Source: Anaerovoracaceae bacterium
Lineage (GTDB): Bacteria; Bacteroidota; Bacteroidia; Bacteroidales; UBA932
Length of the DNA: 64,000 bases
Direction: 5' to 3'
NCBI GenBank assembly: GCA_963594055.1
Contig: CAVBDE010000001.1
Coordinates: 10,729 to 74,728 of the forward strand
In this document: positions 56,129 through 64,000 of the stretch, in pieces
Layout of the letters: the number at the start of each line of letters is the position of its first letter
How positions within the stretch are numbered: position 1 is the first letter of the stretch
The notes under the pieces: generated by a model
What the model was told of the DNA's origin: nothing
Database searches by the model: none
Seen by the model: only the letters and a program-made list of their open reading frames with translations
Program-made: the position numbers and the translations under genes

Positions 56129-58198
56129 TTTCCTGAGCAGAGCCCCCACTTCAGGGTCGTGGCCGCGGAATGCACGGAACATCTCCGCAGGCTCGACGGT
56201 GTTTCCGCGGCTGAGGATATTGGCACGGAAAGACTCGGACACTTCGGTGTTGAAGATGCCCTTCTCTTCGAACAGGGAGAACGCGTCGGCTTCCAGCACT
56301 TCGCTCCATTTGTAGGAATAGTATCCGGCGGCGTACTGGCCCGTGAAGATATGCGAGAACGAGGTGGAGATGCAGGTGCCCGGGACCTCGGGGAAGAGGG
56401 CCGTGCGGGCGAGCGCCCTGTTCTCGAACGCCACGATGTCTCCGCTGACCTGCCCGGAGCGGTCGTTCCAAGCCATATCGAGGATGCCGAAGTTCAGCTG
56501 GCGCACCTGGTAGTAGGCGGAGTGGTAGTTCTTGGTCTCTATAATCTTGTGTATCAGCTCGGAAGGTATCACCTCGCGGGTCTGGTAATGCTTGGCGAAC
56601 CCTTCGAGGAACTCTTTCTCGTAGGCCCAGTTCTCCATAATCTGTGAAGGGAGTTCCACGAAGTCGGTGGACACGTTGGTCGTGGCCAGGCTCTCGTAGC
56701 GGCCTTCGCTCAGCATCGCGTGCAGGCAGTGGCCGAACTCGTGGAGAAGGGTGCAGAGCTCGTCGTGGGTGATGAGGGCCGGAGCGTCGGCGGTAGGCTT
56801 GGTGAAATTGGTCACCATACTTACGAACGGTCTGTGTTCCACGCCGTTCTCCCACCTGAGCCCCTGGAATTCAGTCATCCAGGCGCCGCCCCTCTTGGAA
56901 GCGCGCGGGAAGAAGTCGGCATAGAACAGGGCCATGTGACGGCCGGTGCGGTCCTTCACGTCATAGACTCTGACGTCCTTGTGGTATGCCGGAAGGTCGG
57001 GCCTTTCCTCGAACTGCAGCCCGTAGAGTCTGCCTGCCAATGAGAATACGGCGTTGATGCAGCTGTCCAGCTGGAAATAAGGCTTGAGCGCGTTCTCGTC
57101 GAAGTCGTATTTCTCATTTCTGTATTTTTCGCTCCAGTATGAGAAGTCCCAGGCCTGCAGGTCTTTGCCGCTGTAGCCGTGGGCGTGCGCATAGTCGCTT
57201 ATCTGCTTCACTTCCTTTTTCGCTGCAGGAAGGGAAGGGACCAGAAGGGATTCCAGGAAGGAGTTAACTTCGGCAGGGGTCTTTATCATCCTTTCCTCCA
57301 GGACATAGTCGGCGTAGGTCCCGTATCCGAGGAGCTGCGCTATCTGTATGCGCAGGTTGGTGATCTCCAGCACGGTGGAGGTGTTGTCGTTCTCGCCGCC
57401 CAGGGCTTTGGAAGAATAGGCCATGTACATCTGACGGCGCAGGTCGGCGTTGTCGGCATAGCGCATGAACGGACCGTAGACCGGATATGACAGATCGAAC
57501 GTCCAGCCCTGCTCACCGCGCTCGGCAGCGGTCTCGCTTGCCTGGGTGAGCACATAGTCAGGAAGGCCGGAGAGCCGGTCCTTGTCTGTGACGTTCAGCG
57601 TATAGGCGTTCGTGGCGGCCAGAAGGTTCTTCGAGTAGCGCAGCTGGGCGAGGGAAAGCTTCTCCTGCAGGTCGCTGAAGGTCTTCTTGTCATCGTCGCC
57701 AAGGAGCGCGCCCTGACGCACGAACCCTCTGTAGGTGATCTCCAGCAGCCTTTTCTGGTCATCGGCCAGGCCAAGCTCTTCGCGGCGGTCATAGACCTTC
57801 TTCACCTTTTCGAACAGAGTGGCGTTAAGGTTGATGTACATCGAGTATTCGTTCAGAAGAGGGGATACCTCCTCGGCGGTCTTCTGCAGTTCGTCGCTGG
57901 CGTCGGCCTCCATTATGTTGAAGAAGATGGAGGATACCTTGCCGACCAGGCCGCCGGCGTTTTCCAGCGCGAGAATCGTGTTTTCGAATGTCGGCTCCTC
58001 GTCGGAAGCGACTATGGCGTCGATTTCCTTTTTGGCGTCTTCGATGCCTTTTTTGAATGCGGGAAGGTAGTGCTCCGCCTTGATGCGGTCAAATTGAGGT
58101 GCTCCGTATTCGAGAGGGGATTCCTCGAGAAGTGGGTTGGTGTTGCAAGAAGTCATAGCAAGAATGATGGACAGCAATGCTGTTGGAATCTTTTTCAT
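56114..58198 (-). CDS. dcp: M3-family peptidyl-dipeptidase (Dcp/oligopeptidase A-like), lipoprotein
   Basis: Lipobox AMTSCN. Zinc motif LLHEFGHCLH. 694 aa. Its 3' end overlaps recQ by 15 nt. Confidence 0.9.
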   Translation of the reverse strand: MKKIPTALLSIILAMTSCNTNPLLEESPLEYGAPQFDRIKAEHYLPAFKKGIEDAKKEIDAIVASDEEPTFENTILALENAGGLVGKVSSIFFNIMEADASDELQKTAEEVSPLLNEYSMYINLNATLFEKVKKVYDRREELGLADDQKRLLEITYRGFVRQGALLGDDDKKTFSDLQEKLSLAQLRYSKNLLAATNAYTLNVTDKDRLSGLPDYVLTQASETAAERGEQGWTFDLSYPVYGPFMRYADNADLRRQMYMAYSSKALGGENDNTSTVLEITNLRIQIAQLLGYGTYADYVLEERMIKTPAEVNSFLESLLVPSLPAAKKEVKQISDYAHAHGYSGKDLQAWDFSYWSEKYRNEKYDFDENALKPYFQLDSCINAVFSLAGRLYGLQFEERPDLPAYHKDVRVYDVKDRTGRHMALFYADFFPRASKRGGAWMTEFQGLRWENGVEHRPFVSMVTNFTKPTADAPALITHDELCTLLHEFGHCLHAMLSEGRYESLATTNVSTDFVELPSQIMENWAYEKEFLEGFAKHYQTREVIPSELIHKIIETKNYHSAYYQVRQLNFGILDMAWNDRSGQVSGDIVAFENRALARTALFPEVPGTCISTSFSHIFTGQYAAGYYSYKWSEVLEADAFSLFEEKGIFNTEVSESFRANILSRGNTVEPAEMFRAFRGHDPEVGALLRKLGIQ

Positions 58199-58253
58199 AT
58201 ATCTGTTTTTATTTGTTCTGTTTTTAGAAGATGGAAGTCTTTGTGCCTCGATC

Positions 58254-58334
58254 CTGTCAGGGCAGAGACTTTTCGAAGCGTTTGCCCGTGTAGGGTCGCG
58301 AAGCGACAGCGTAGAAAAGACTCTGCCCTGACAG
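58254..58334. repeat. imperfect inverted repeat (21-nt arms, 39-nt spacer) in the MBL-dcp intergenic region
   Basis: CTGTCAGGGCAGAGACTTTTC (58254-58274) pairs with GAAAAGACTCTGCCCTGACAG (58314-58334) at 20 of 21 positions. The spacer holds a small hairpin GTCGC-GAA-GCGAC. An extra GTCAGGG copy lies at 58342-58348. Confidence 0.85.
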
Positions 58335-58393
58335 TCAAAACGTCAGGGACAACATCCGTATATCTGCCATATTATTCATAAAAATATAAGGAG

Positions 58394-59260
58394 TCATTCC
58401 GCTTCTATGGTGAGTCCGTCGTAGGCGGCGTGGATGCCTTCGGGAAGGCTTTCTTCCAGGCGGGCGTGAGGCCCGAGCGCGTGAGCCAGGTGCGTGAGAT
58501 AAGTGTTCTTCGCGCCGATTCGACGGGCCACCTCGATGGCCTGGTCCATATTGAAATGCGAATGGTGCGGCCTGTATCCCACGCAGTTAAGCGTCACCGC
58601 CTCCAGACCGTGCAGCTTCTCGAACTCCTCGTCCGGGATGCTCTTCATATCGGTAAGGTAAGCGATCTTCCCGAACCTGAAGCCCAGCACCGAGAAGGTT
58701 CTCATCTCGTTGTGGTATCCCTGAATCGGTATCACTTCCACCGGCAGCCTCCCGGAACTCTGGCCCGGTTCCTCGGTATGGTATCCCACGCCGCTCTCCC
58801 ACACCAGGGTAGGAAGGGTGTCATTGGCATTCACCGTAAAGGGCGCCTTGCCCGAGATGCGCTTTATCTCCCATTCCGGCACTCCCGGATAATGGTGGTC
58901 GGTGAAGGCGTAGCTGTACTCGCGGCGCAGCGACTCTTCCACATATTCCTCGCAGTAGATGGTCACCGGCTTGTGCTCCAGCAGGTTGAAGGCCCTCAGG
59001 TCGTCCAGGCCGCCTGTGTGGTCCTTATGGTTGTGCGTGAGGAGCACCGCGTCCAGATGCTTGACGTTCTCGCGCAGCATCTGACACCTGAAATCCGGCC
59101 CGCAGTCCACCAGGATGGTGATGTCGCCGTATGTAACCAGAGCGGAGGACCGGAATCTCTTGTCGTGAGGGTCGGTGCTGGTGCAGACCTCGCAGTCGCA
59201 TCCTATGACGGGGACGCCCTGAGATGTGCCGGTTCCCAGAAAAGTCAGTTTGGTTTTCAT
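58394..59260 (-). CDS. MBL-fold metallo-hydrolase (PhnP/COG1235-like)
   Basis: LTFLGTGTSQGVPVIGCDCEVC... and LTHNHKDHTGGLDDL. Confidence 0.8.
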   Translation of the reverse strand: MKTKLTFLGTGTSQGVPVIGCDCEVCTSTDPHDKRFRSSALVTYGDITILVDCGPDFRCQMLRENVKHLDAVLLTHNHKDHTGGLDDLRAFNLLEHKPVTIYCEEYVEESLRREYSYAFTDHHYPGVPEWEIKRISGKAPFTVNANDTLPTLVWESGVGYHTEEPGQSSGRLPVEVIPIQGYHNEMRTFSVLGFRFGKIAYLTDMKSIPDEEFEKLHGLEAVTLNCVGYRPHHSHFNMDQAIEVARRIGAKNTYLTHLAHALGPHARLEESLPEGIHAAYDGLTIEAE

Positions 59261-60489
59261 AATTCAACTTCCGTTATGTTTCCCACCAGGGCCGGGTCAT
59301 AAGGCCGCGTGACCCTGATGTAATTGTCTGTATATCCGCTCATTGTCCCGTCCTTTTCCTTCGATTCGAAAAGAACCCGGTGTCTGGTGCCCTTCTGCGA
59401 GTCAACGAACTCCTGATGCAGCCTGGCGCAGAGCTCCTCCAGGATGCGGACCCGCTCCTTCTTCTTTTCTTCGCTTACCTGTCCCGGGAACGATGCCGCC
59501 GGGGTGCCCGGTCTTCGCGAGTACGGGAAGATGTGGATGAAGGCCGGCCGGACGCTTTCTATGAATTCAAGAGCCTCTTGGAACAGTTCTTCGGTCTCGC
59601 CGGGAAGTCCCGCCATCACGTCTATCCCTATGAACACCCCGTCTCCGAGCCTCTGGCGTATATAGTCTATCTTTTGTCTGAAAAAGGCTGTGGTGTAGTG
59701 CCGTCCCATCGCGGAGAGGATGGAGTCGCACCCTGCCTGGAGCGGTATGTGGAAATGCGGCTGGAACTTGGTCCCGCCCGCTATCCAGTCTATCGTTTCG
59801 TCGCTCAGAAGGTTCGGTTCTATGCTGGAGATGCGGTATCTTTCTATCCCTTCCACTTCGTTGAGAGCCTTGAGCAGATCCAGAAAGGATTCTCCGGTGG
59901 TCTTGCCGAAGTCTCCGGTGTTCACGCCCGTGAGGACGATCTCCTTCACCCCGAGCGCCGCCACTTCGCGGGCCATCCGCACGCATTCGCAGATCGGGAT
60001 GTTCCTGCTGTCTCCCCGGGCCAATGGTACGGTGCAGTAGTGGCAGTGATTGTCGCACCCGTCCTGCACCTTCAGGAAGCTTCTTGTCCTCTCCCCGCTG
60101 CTGTATGCCCCGAACACGGTGCCCGTGCCCGCCAGACCTTCGCAGCTGATGCCAAGTTCGGACAGGCAGACCGGAACGATGCTCGACTTTTCCTTGCAGT
60201 CGAACACTTTCCACACGCCCTCTATGGCGCGGATCTCGTCTTTGCGCAGCTGTGCGCTGCATCCGCACACTATCAGCCTTGCCTGCGGGTTGAGGCGGTG
60301 CATCTTGCGGATGAGGTTTCTGGATTTGGCATCCGAGGTGGCGGTCACCGAACATGTGTTGATAAGGTAGAGGTCGGCTTTCTCCCTGTGCCCGACCACT
60401 TCCAGCCCCGCCTTTATGAATGCACGTTCGTATGTGGAGGTCTCGGCGTAGTTGAGTTTGCAGCCGAGCGTAAGGAAGGCGATTTTCAT
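59257..60489 (-). CDS. mtaB: radical-SAM methylthiotransferase, MtaB-like (tRNA ms2t6A37)
   Basis: IAFLTLGCKLNYAETS N-terminal MTTase domain, radical-SAM CDNHCHYC, TRAM-like C-terminus. About 410 aa. Confidence 0.8.
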   Translation of the reverse strand: MKIAFLTLGCKLNYAETSTYERAFIKAGLEVVGHREKADLYLINTCSVTATSDAKSRNLIRKMHRLNPQARLIVCGCSAQLRKDEIRAIEGVWKVFDCKEKSSIVPVCLSELGISCEGLAGTGTVFGAYSSGERTRSFLKVQDGCDNHCHYCTVPLARGDSRNIPICECVRMAREVAALGVKEIVLTGVNTGDFGKTTGESFLDLLKALNEVEGIERYRISSIEPNLLSDETIDWIAGGTKFQPHFHIPLQAGCDSILSAMGRHYTTAFFRQKIDYIRQRLGDGVFIGIDVMAGLPGETEELFQEALEFIESVRPAFIHIFPYSRRPGTPAASFPGQVSEEKKKERVRILEELCARLHQEFVDSQKGTRHRVLFESKEKDGTMSGYTDNYIRVTRPYDPALVGNITEVEL

Positions 60490-60839
60490 TTTTTAAGCGT
60501 TATGCGTGCCTTGCCCACAGGTCCTGACACGGGAGGGTTAAGTTTGCTCAGGCTCACGCTGAAGTGCTCCAGCTGCGGAAATTCCTTCTCTATGGCCCGG
60601 AATATCCGTTCGGCCACATTCTCTATCAGGTTCGAGGGTACCGCCATCTGGACCGCGACTATGTCATAGACGCGGGCGTAGTCCAGGGTGGTGTCCAGCC
60701 TGTCCGTCAGGAAGGCCTGCTGCGTGTCGATCTCCGCGCTGAAATCGACGACGTATTCGCCGCCTTCCAGCCTTTCGTGTTCCAGACAGCCGTGAAATGC
60801 GTGGAACCGCATTCCGTCAAGTTCTAGCAAGCTTTTCAT
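60486..60839 (-). CDS. folB: dihydroneopterin aldolase
   Basis: 117 aa. MRFHAFHGCLEHERLEGGEYVVD and DYARVYDIV motifs. Confidence 0.85.
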   Translation of the reverse strand: MKSLLELDGMRFHAFHGCLEHERLEGGEYVVDFSAEIDTQQAFLTDRLDTTLDYARVYDIVAVQMAVPSNLIENVAERIFRAIEKEFPQLEHFSVSLSKLNPPVSGPVGKARITLKK

Positions 60840-61543
60840 TTCAGTATGATGAACACTGCGGGTTGTTTTCCTATTGTAAGGTTCTCCTTGCGCCAGGCTC
60901 CGGCAGCAAGTGTTTTTATGTATTGGCTTTCGGAAGTCAGAGCCACGGCTACGCAGAGGCGTGTGGCACTGTCCAGGGTAGAGATGAAGTCCTGCAGCAG
61001 CGCGTCGCTCCGGTAGGGGGTCTCTATGAAGATCTGGCTCTGGTGCAGGGTCCCGGAGAGCCGTTCGGCGTCCCTGATGGCAGTGCGCCGCTGGTCAGTC
61101 TTGGCAGGCAGGTATCCGCGGAAGGCGAAGGATTGGCCGTTAAGACCGCTTCCCATAAGTGCGAGCATAAGGGAGGAAGGGCCCACCATAGGGCAGACTT
61201 CGATTCCCTTCTTATGGCACAGGGCCACGAGCGCCGCGCCGGGATCGGCCACCGCGGGAAGTCCGGCTTCGCTTATGAGCGCCACGTCCTGTCCGTCGGA
61301 GAACCAGTCCGCCAGCTTCTCTATCTCCTCTTCGGTGGTATGCTCGTTAAGGGTCCTGAAGGACAGTTCGTCTATGTGGCCCTTGAGACCGGCCCTGGAC
61401 AGGTAGCGCCGCACCGTGCGCTCCTCCTCCACGACATATTTCCTGATGTGCGGGAGCAGGGCCAGAACCCCGGCTGGGATGACTTCGCTGACTTCGCAGT
61501 CGCTCAGGGGTGAAGGAATCAGATATAATTTTCCGTTACTCAT
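60836..61543 (-). CDS. SAM-dependent methyltransferase, tetrapyrrole-methylase fold (RsmI-like)
   Basis: GKLYLIPSPL start, ISEAGLPAVADPGA motif. About 235 aa. Confidence 0.7.
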   Translation of the reverse strand: MSNGKLYLIPSPLSDCEVSEVIPAGVLALLPHIRKYVVEEERTVRRYLSRAGLKGHIDELSFRTLNEHTTEEEIEKLADWFSDGQDVALISEAGLPAVADPGAALVALCHKKGIEVCPMVGPSSLMLALMGSGLNGQSFAFRGYLPAKTDQRRTAIRDAERLSGTLHQSQIFIETPYRSDALLQDFISTLDSATRLCVAVALTSESQYIKTLAAGAWRKENLTIGKQPAVFIILK

Positions 61544-63998
61544 TTTCTATGGTGATCTTTCTGGTCGGCACATATTCCACGCCGTTCCTGTCCTTGCGGA
61601 ACAGGGACTTGAAGAAACTGCGCAGACTGTTGTATTCTATCTGGTACGTGATGCCCACGCCGTTGCGCTGGGTGTTGTCCAGGTAATTGGTATAGTCGTC
61701 GGCGGAGTGCGAGAACAGGTTGAGCCTGAAATGCCCCGACTTGTTGAGCTTGATGTTGATGTCCAGGTCGCCCACCACGTTCTCTCCCGTGCTGGCGGAG
61801 GTGTATTTCCTGTTCCCGACGGACCCGTTTACGGACACCATGTTGTCGAACAGCTGGGTGGACACGGCCAGGTCCATGGATTCGTTGCCCACCTGGGTCT
61901 GCTGGTAGGTCAGGCCGAAGTCCAGCGGGATGTTGAACTTCTCCAGAATGTTGTTCAGCTGGCCGGACATCAGGGACGCGAGGTTGCTGTACAGGAAGTT
62001 GGAGCTGGCGTTGTTGTTAACCACGCCGTTCTGGTCGCCCGCGATGAAGCTGCCCAGCACCACGAGGGCCAGGAACTGTCGCGACACCTTGTCCTCCGTA
62101 TTCAGTTCGCTGTCCACCAGGGCTTTGGTGGTCGGATCGAGGTCCGGAACGTCTATCGAGAATGCCAATTGCGGATTGCGCAGCTTGTCGGAGATCTTGA
62201 TGCCGCAGTTCACCAGCCTTCGGGTGGAAACCGAGGTGGTGTCGGAGATCAGCACGCCGAGCGAGGTCTTCAGGGAATGCACTGCGGAGATGTCCAGTTC
62301 GGTGTCCATTATGTCGCCGGCGAAATTGAGCGAACTGCCGTCCTGGATGTTGAAGTCCTTGGCTATCAGCGCACCTATGGCTGCGAAGTGGTATTTGCCT
62401 TCGGTTATGTTGTAGTTGCCGCCCAGGTTGAAGGCTCCGGATTTGGAGTTCAGGTCGGCGGTGATGACTCCGTCTCCCTTGATGTTGAGTGCGTTGCTTC
62501 CCTCCCTGTCCAGGTAGGCGGTGAATTCAAGTCCCGGGTTCACCGCGAACCGGCCCTTGACATCGAGCTGCGATTTGCCTGAAGGGGTGGTCAGGGTGAA
62601 TCCCTGCTCCAGTTCGTCCTCCTCTTCGGCGTCCTTTTCCTTGAACTGGAGTATCTCCGAGCTGCGGGTGTTCTTCCCGGCGAGCACTATGTTCACCTTG
62701 CCGTTTCCGGCATTGGCCAGATTGGCATCCAGAGTAAGGTGGGATGGGTCCTTGCCGGAGAACAGGACGTCTCCGTCGAGGGCGAGGGTGCCGTTGTAGT
62801 CTCCGCTCGTTTTGTCCAGCACGCGCAGGCGGTCCAGGTGGAGCGACAGGTTGTCCGGACGGCCGGAGAGAAGCCCGCGTCCGCTGTCCTTGTCTGTTAT
62901 CTCCATCCTGTCTATGATTACGCCGTCCTGGTCATAGCGCGCGTCCGCGTTCACGGTGTAGGCCACTCCGGTAGGGGTGAGCGTCAGGTTCACTTCGCGC
63001 GCGGAGAAGTCGTTGCTCCGTATGGTGAGGTTGGACACCGGTCCGACGGCGGTGATTTTGCCGTTGATGCGCCCGCTCAGGGATGAGCAGTACGCCGATA
63101 CAGCCTTCTGGGCCACGCCCGGGTTGAAGTCGTTGAACACCGCGCGGGCGTTCAGGTATCTGGACAGAGAGTTGTAGTTGCCTTCCACCTTGAGCGCGTT
63201 CTGGCCGGCGGCCGAGGAGTTGACCAGACTGAATTTGAGCAGGTCGTCCTCGTCGTCGAGGTGTGCGCTGAGGTTTATCTGCCCGGCGTCGGTTTTGCCT
63301 ATGGTGAGGGCCGAGCAGTTGAGTTCGGTTTCGAGTCCCAGGTTGGAGCTGACCGGGGTGTCGAAGTTGACGTATCCGTTCAGAAGTCCTGACAGGGTGA
63401 GGTCGCCCTTCAGGAACAGATTGGCAGTGGAGATGTCCACGTCGTGAAGGTTGAGCGACAGACGGCTCGGGTAGAGTTTGCTGGCGGCGCCGTTCATCTC
63501 GATGGACTGCCCCTCGTGGAAGAGTCTGAGGCCGTCTATGCTCACAAGCCCTTCCCTGTAGACGATGTCAGGATGTGAGCAGGTCCAGATGTCCCCGTTC
63601 AGGTTGAGGAAGGAATCGCCCAGGCTCGCGTTTATCGTAAGGGCCCCGTCGTCGCCTCTGGACATCGATGAATCGAGATCCAGCAGCAGGGCTATGTTCT
63701 TGTTCAGTATGTCGGTGGCGGACAGCTGCAGGCAGGTCCTGTCGTCGTGCGCCTTGAGGTTGAGGTATGCCTTTTTGAGGCCGGAATTTCCGGTCTTGAT
63801 TTCGTCTATGCTGGCTTTCAGCGTGACGGTGCTGTCCTGCGAATGGAGCTTGGCGTCCAGTCCGCGGAAGATGTTGTCCTCGAAGCGGAATCCGTGGGAC
63901 GAGAACGCTCCGGTGATTTCCCCGGACGGGGACATCGACACATTGGCCTGGGTGCCGTGCGCCACGAGAATATCCTTGCGAAGGAAGCTGAGCACTTC
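61536..63998 (-). CDS. tamB: TamB-like translocation and assembly module protein, C-terminal ~820 aa (N-terminus beyond window)
   Basis: The frame is open to the window edge; the track start is only an in-frame GTG. Long beta-rich repetitive sequence. DUF490-type C-terminus ...DLDINIKLNKSGHFRLNLFSHS...GVGITYQIEY. Confidence 0.8.
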   Translation of the reverse strand, partial: EVLSFLRKDILVAHGTQANVSMSPSGEITGAFSSHGFRFEDNIFRGLDAKLHSQDSTVTLKASIDEIKTGNSGLKKAYLNLKAHDDRTCLQLSATDILNKNIALLLDLDSSMSRGDDGALTINASLGDSFLNLNGDIWTCSHPDIVYREGLVSIDGLRLFHEGQSIEMNGAASKLYPSRLSLNLHDVDISTANLFLKGDLTLSGLLNGYVNFDTPVSSNLGLETELNCSALTIGKTDAGQINLSAHLDDEDDLLKFSLVNSSAAGQNALKVEGNYNSLSRYLNARAVFNDFNPGVAQKAVSAYCSSLSGRINGKITAVGPVSNLTIRSNDFSAREVNLTLTPTGVAYTVNADARYDQDGVIIDRMEITDKDSGRGLLSGRPDNLSLHLDRLRVLDKTSGDYNGTLALDGDVLFSGKDPSHLTLDANLANAGNGKVNIVLAGKNTRSSEILQFKEKDAEEEDELEQGFTLTTPSGKSQLDVKGRFAVNPGLEFTAYLDREGSNALNIKGDGVITADLNSKSGAFNLGGNYNITEGKYHFAAIGALIAKDFNIQDGSSLNFAGDIMDTELDISAVHSLKTSLGVLISDTTSVSTRRLVNCGIKISDKLRNPQLAFSIDVPDLDPTTKALVDSELNTEDKVSRQFLALVVLGSFIAGDQNGVVNNNASSNFLYSNLASLMSGQLNNILEKFNIPLDFGLTYQQTQVGNESMDLAVSTQLFDNMVSVNGSVGNRKYTSASTGENVVGDLDINIKLNKSGHFRLNLFSHSADDYTNYLDNTQRNGVGITYQIEYNSLRSFFKSLFRKDRNGVEYVPTRKITIENE

Positions 63999-64000
63999 CC

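Noticed and set aside
58254-58334. Considered the inverted repeat as the boundary of a phase-variable invertible promoter (inverton).
   Set aside because: The invertible segment would be only 39 nt and contains no TAnnTTTG box in either orientation. No tyrosine or serine recombinase is present in the window. Kept as a structural finding only.
11558-59260. Three MBL-fold genes (11558-12214, 46186-46983, 58394-59260) as possible acquired beta-lactamases.
   Set aside because: Sequence character fits the glyoxalase II-like, RNase Z and PhnP-like housekeeping subfamilies. They have no signal peptides, no mobile-element context and native-looking composition.

Overview
Gene-dense chromosomal segment with about 54 protein-coding genes and one tRNA. 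It comes from a Bacteroidota, most likely Bacteroidales, genome. Supporting signs are a SusC/SusD pair, many lipobox (Cys) signal peptides, TAnnTTTG -7 promoter boxes, no Shine-Dalgarno sequences, and mid-50s % GC by eye. Layout: (1) 2-11574 is a beta-glucan polysaccharide utilisation locus (susC, susD, glycan-binding lipoprotein, GH16, GH3) with a uvrA-family gene wedged between GH16 and GH3. (2) 11.5-19.3 kb carries an MBL hydrolase, two tandem deoxynucleoside kinases, an acyl-CoA ligase, an MFS sugar transporter plus ROK glucokinase, an FKBP isomerase and a SIMPL protein. (3) 19.4-37.2 kb is an 18-kb unidirectional array: alaS, an LptF/G-like permease fused in frame to fmt, two M23 peptidases, MerR, a Zn-ribbon protein, dnaB, rseC-rnfBCDGEA, a surface nuclease lipoprotein and a CNNM/CBS protein. 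(4) tRNA-Arg(UCU), nfnAB-like genes, a PfkB kinase, an unknown ORF, DUF368, ssb, rpsA, rnz, cell-wall enzymes and an RSH synthetase. (5) apt, a lipoprotein, pckA, recQ, dcp, and the minus-strand tamB(partial)-methylase-folB-mtaB-MBL operon. I found no CRISPR array, transposase or integrase, restriction-modification, toxin-antitoxin or recognisable defence gene. I cannot honestly point to a convincing new multi-gene system; this reads as core genome. The most unusual items are: the uninterrupted LptF/G-Fmt ORF; uvrA embedded in the PUL; a mosaic low-GC patch and in-frame direct repeats inside the nuclease gene; an uncharacterised ORF translationally coupled between a PfkB kinase and a DUF368 gene; and a 21-bp-arm inverted repeat in the only sizeable unexplained intergenic region (58.2-58.4 kb). 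All product calls rest on motifs I recognise by eye, not on database searches.
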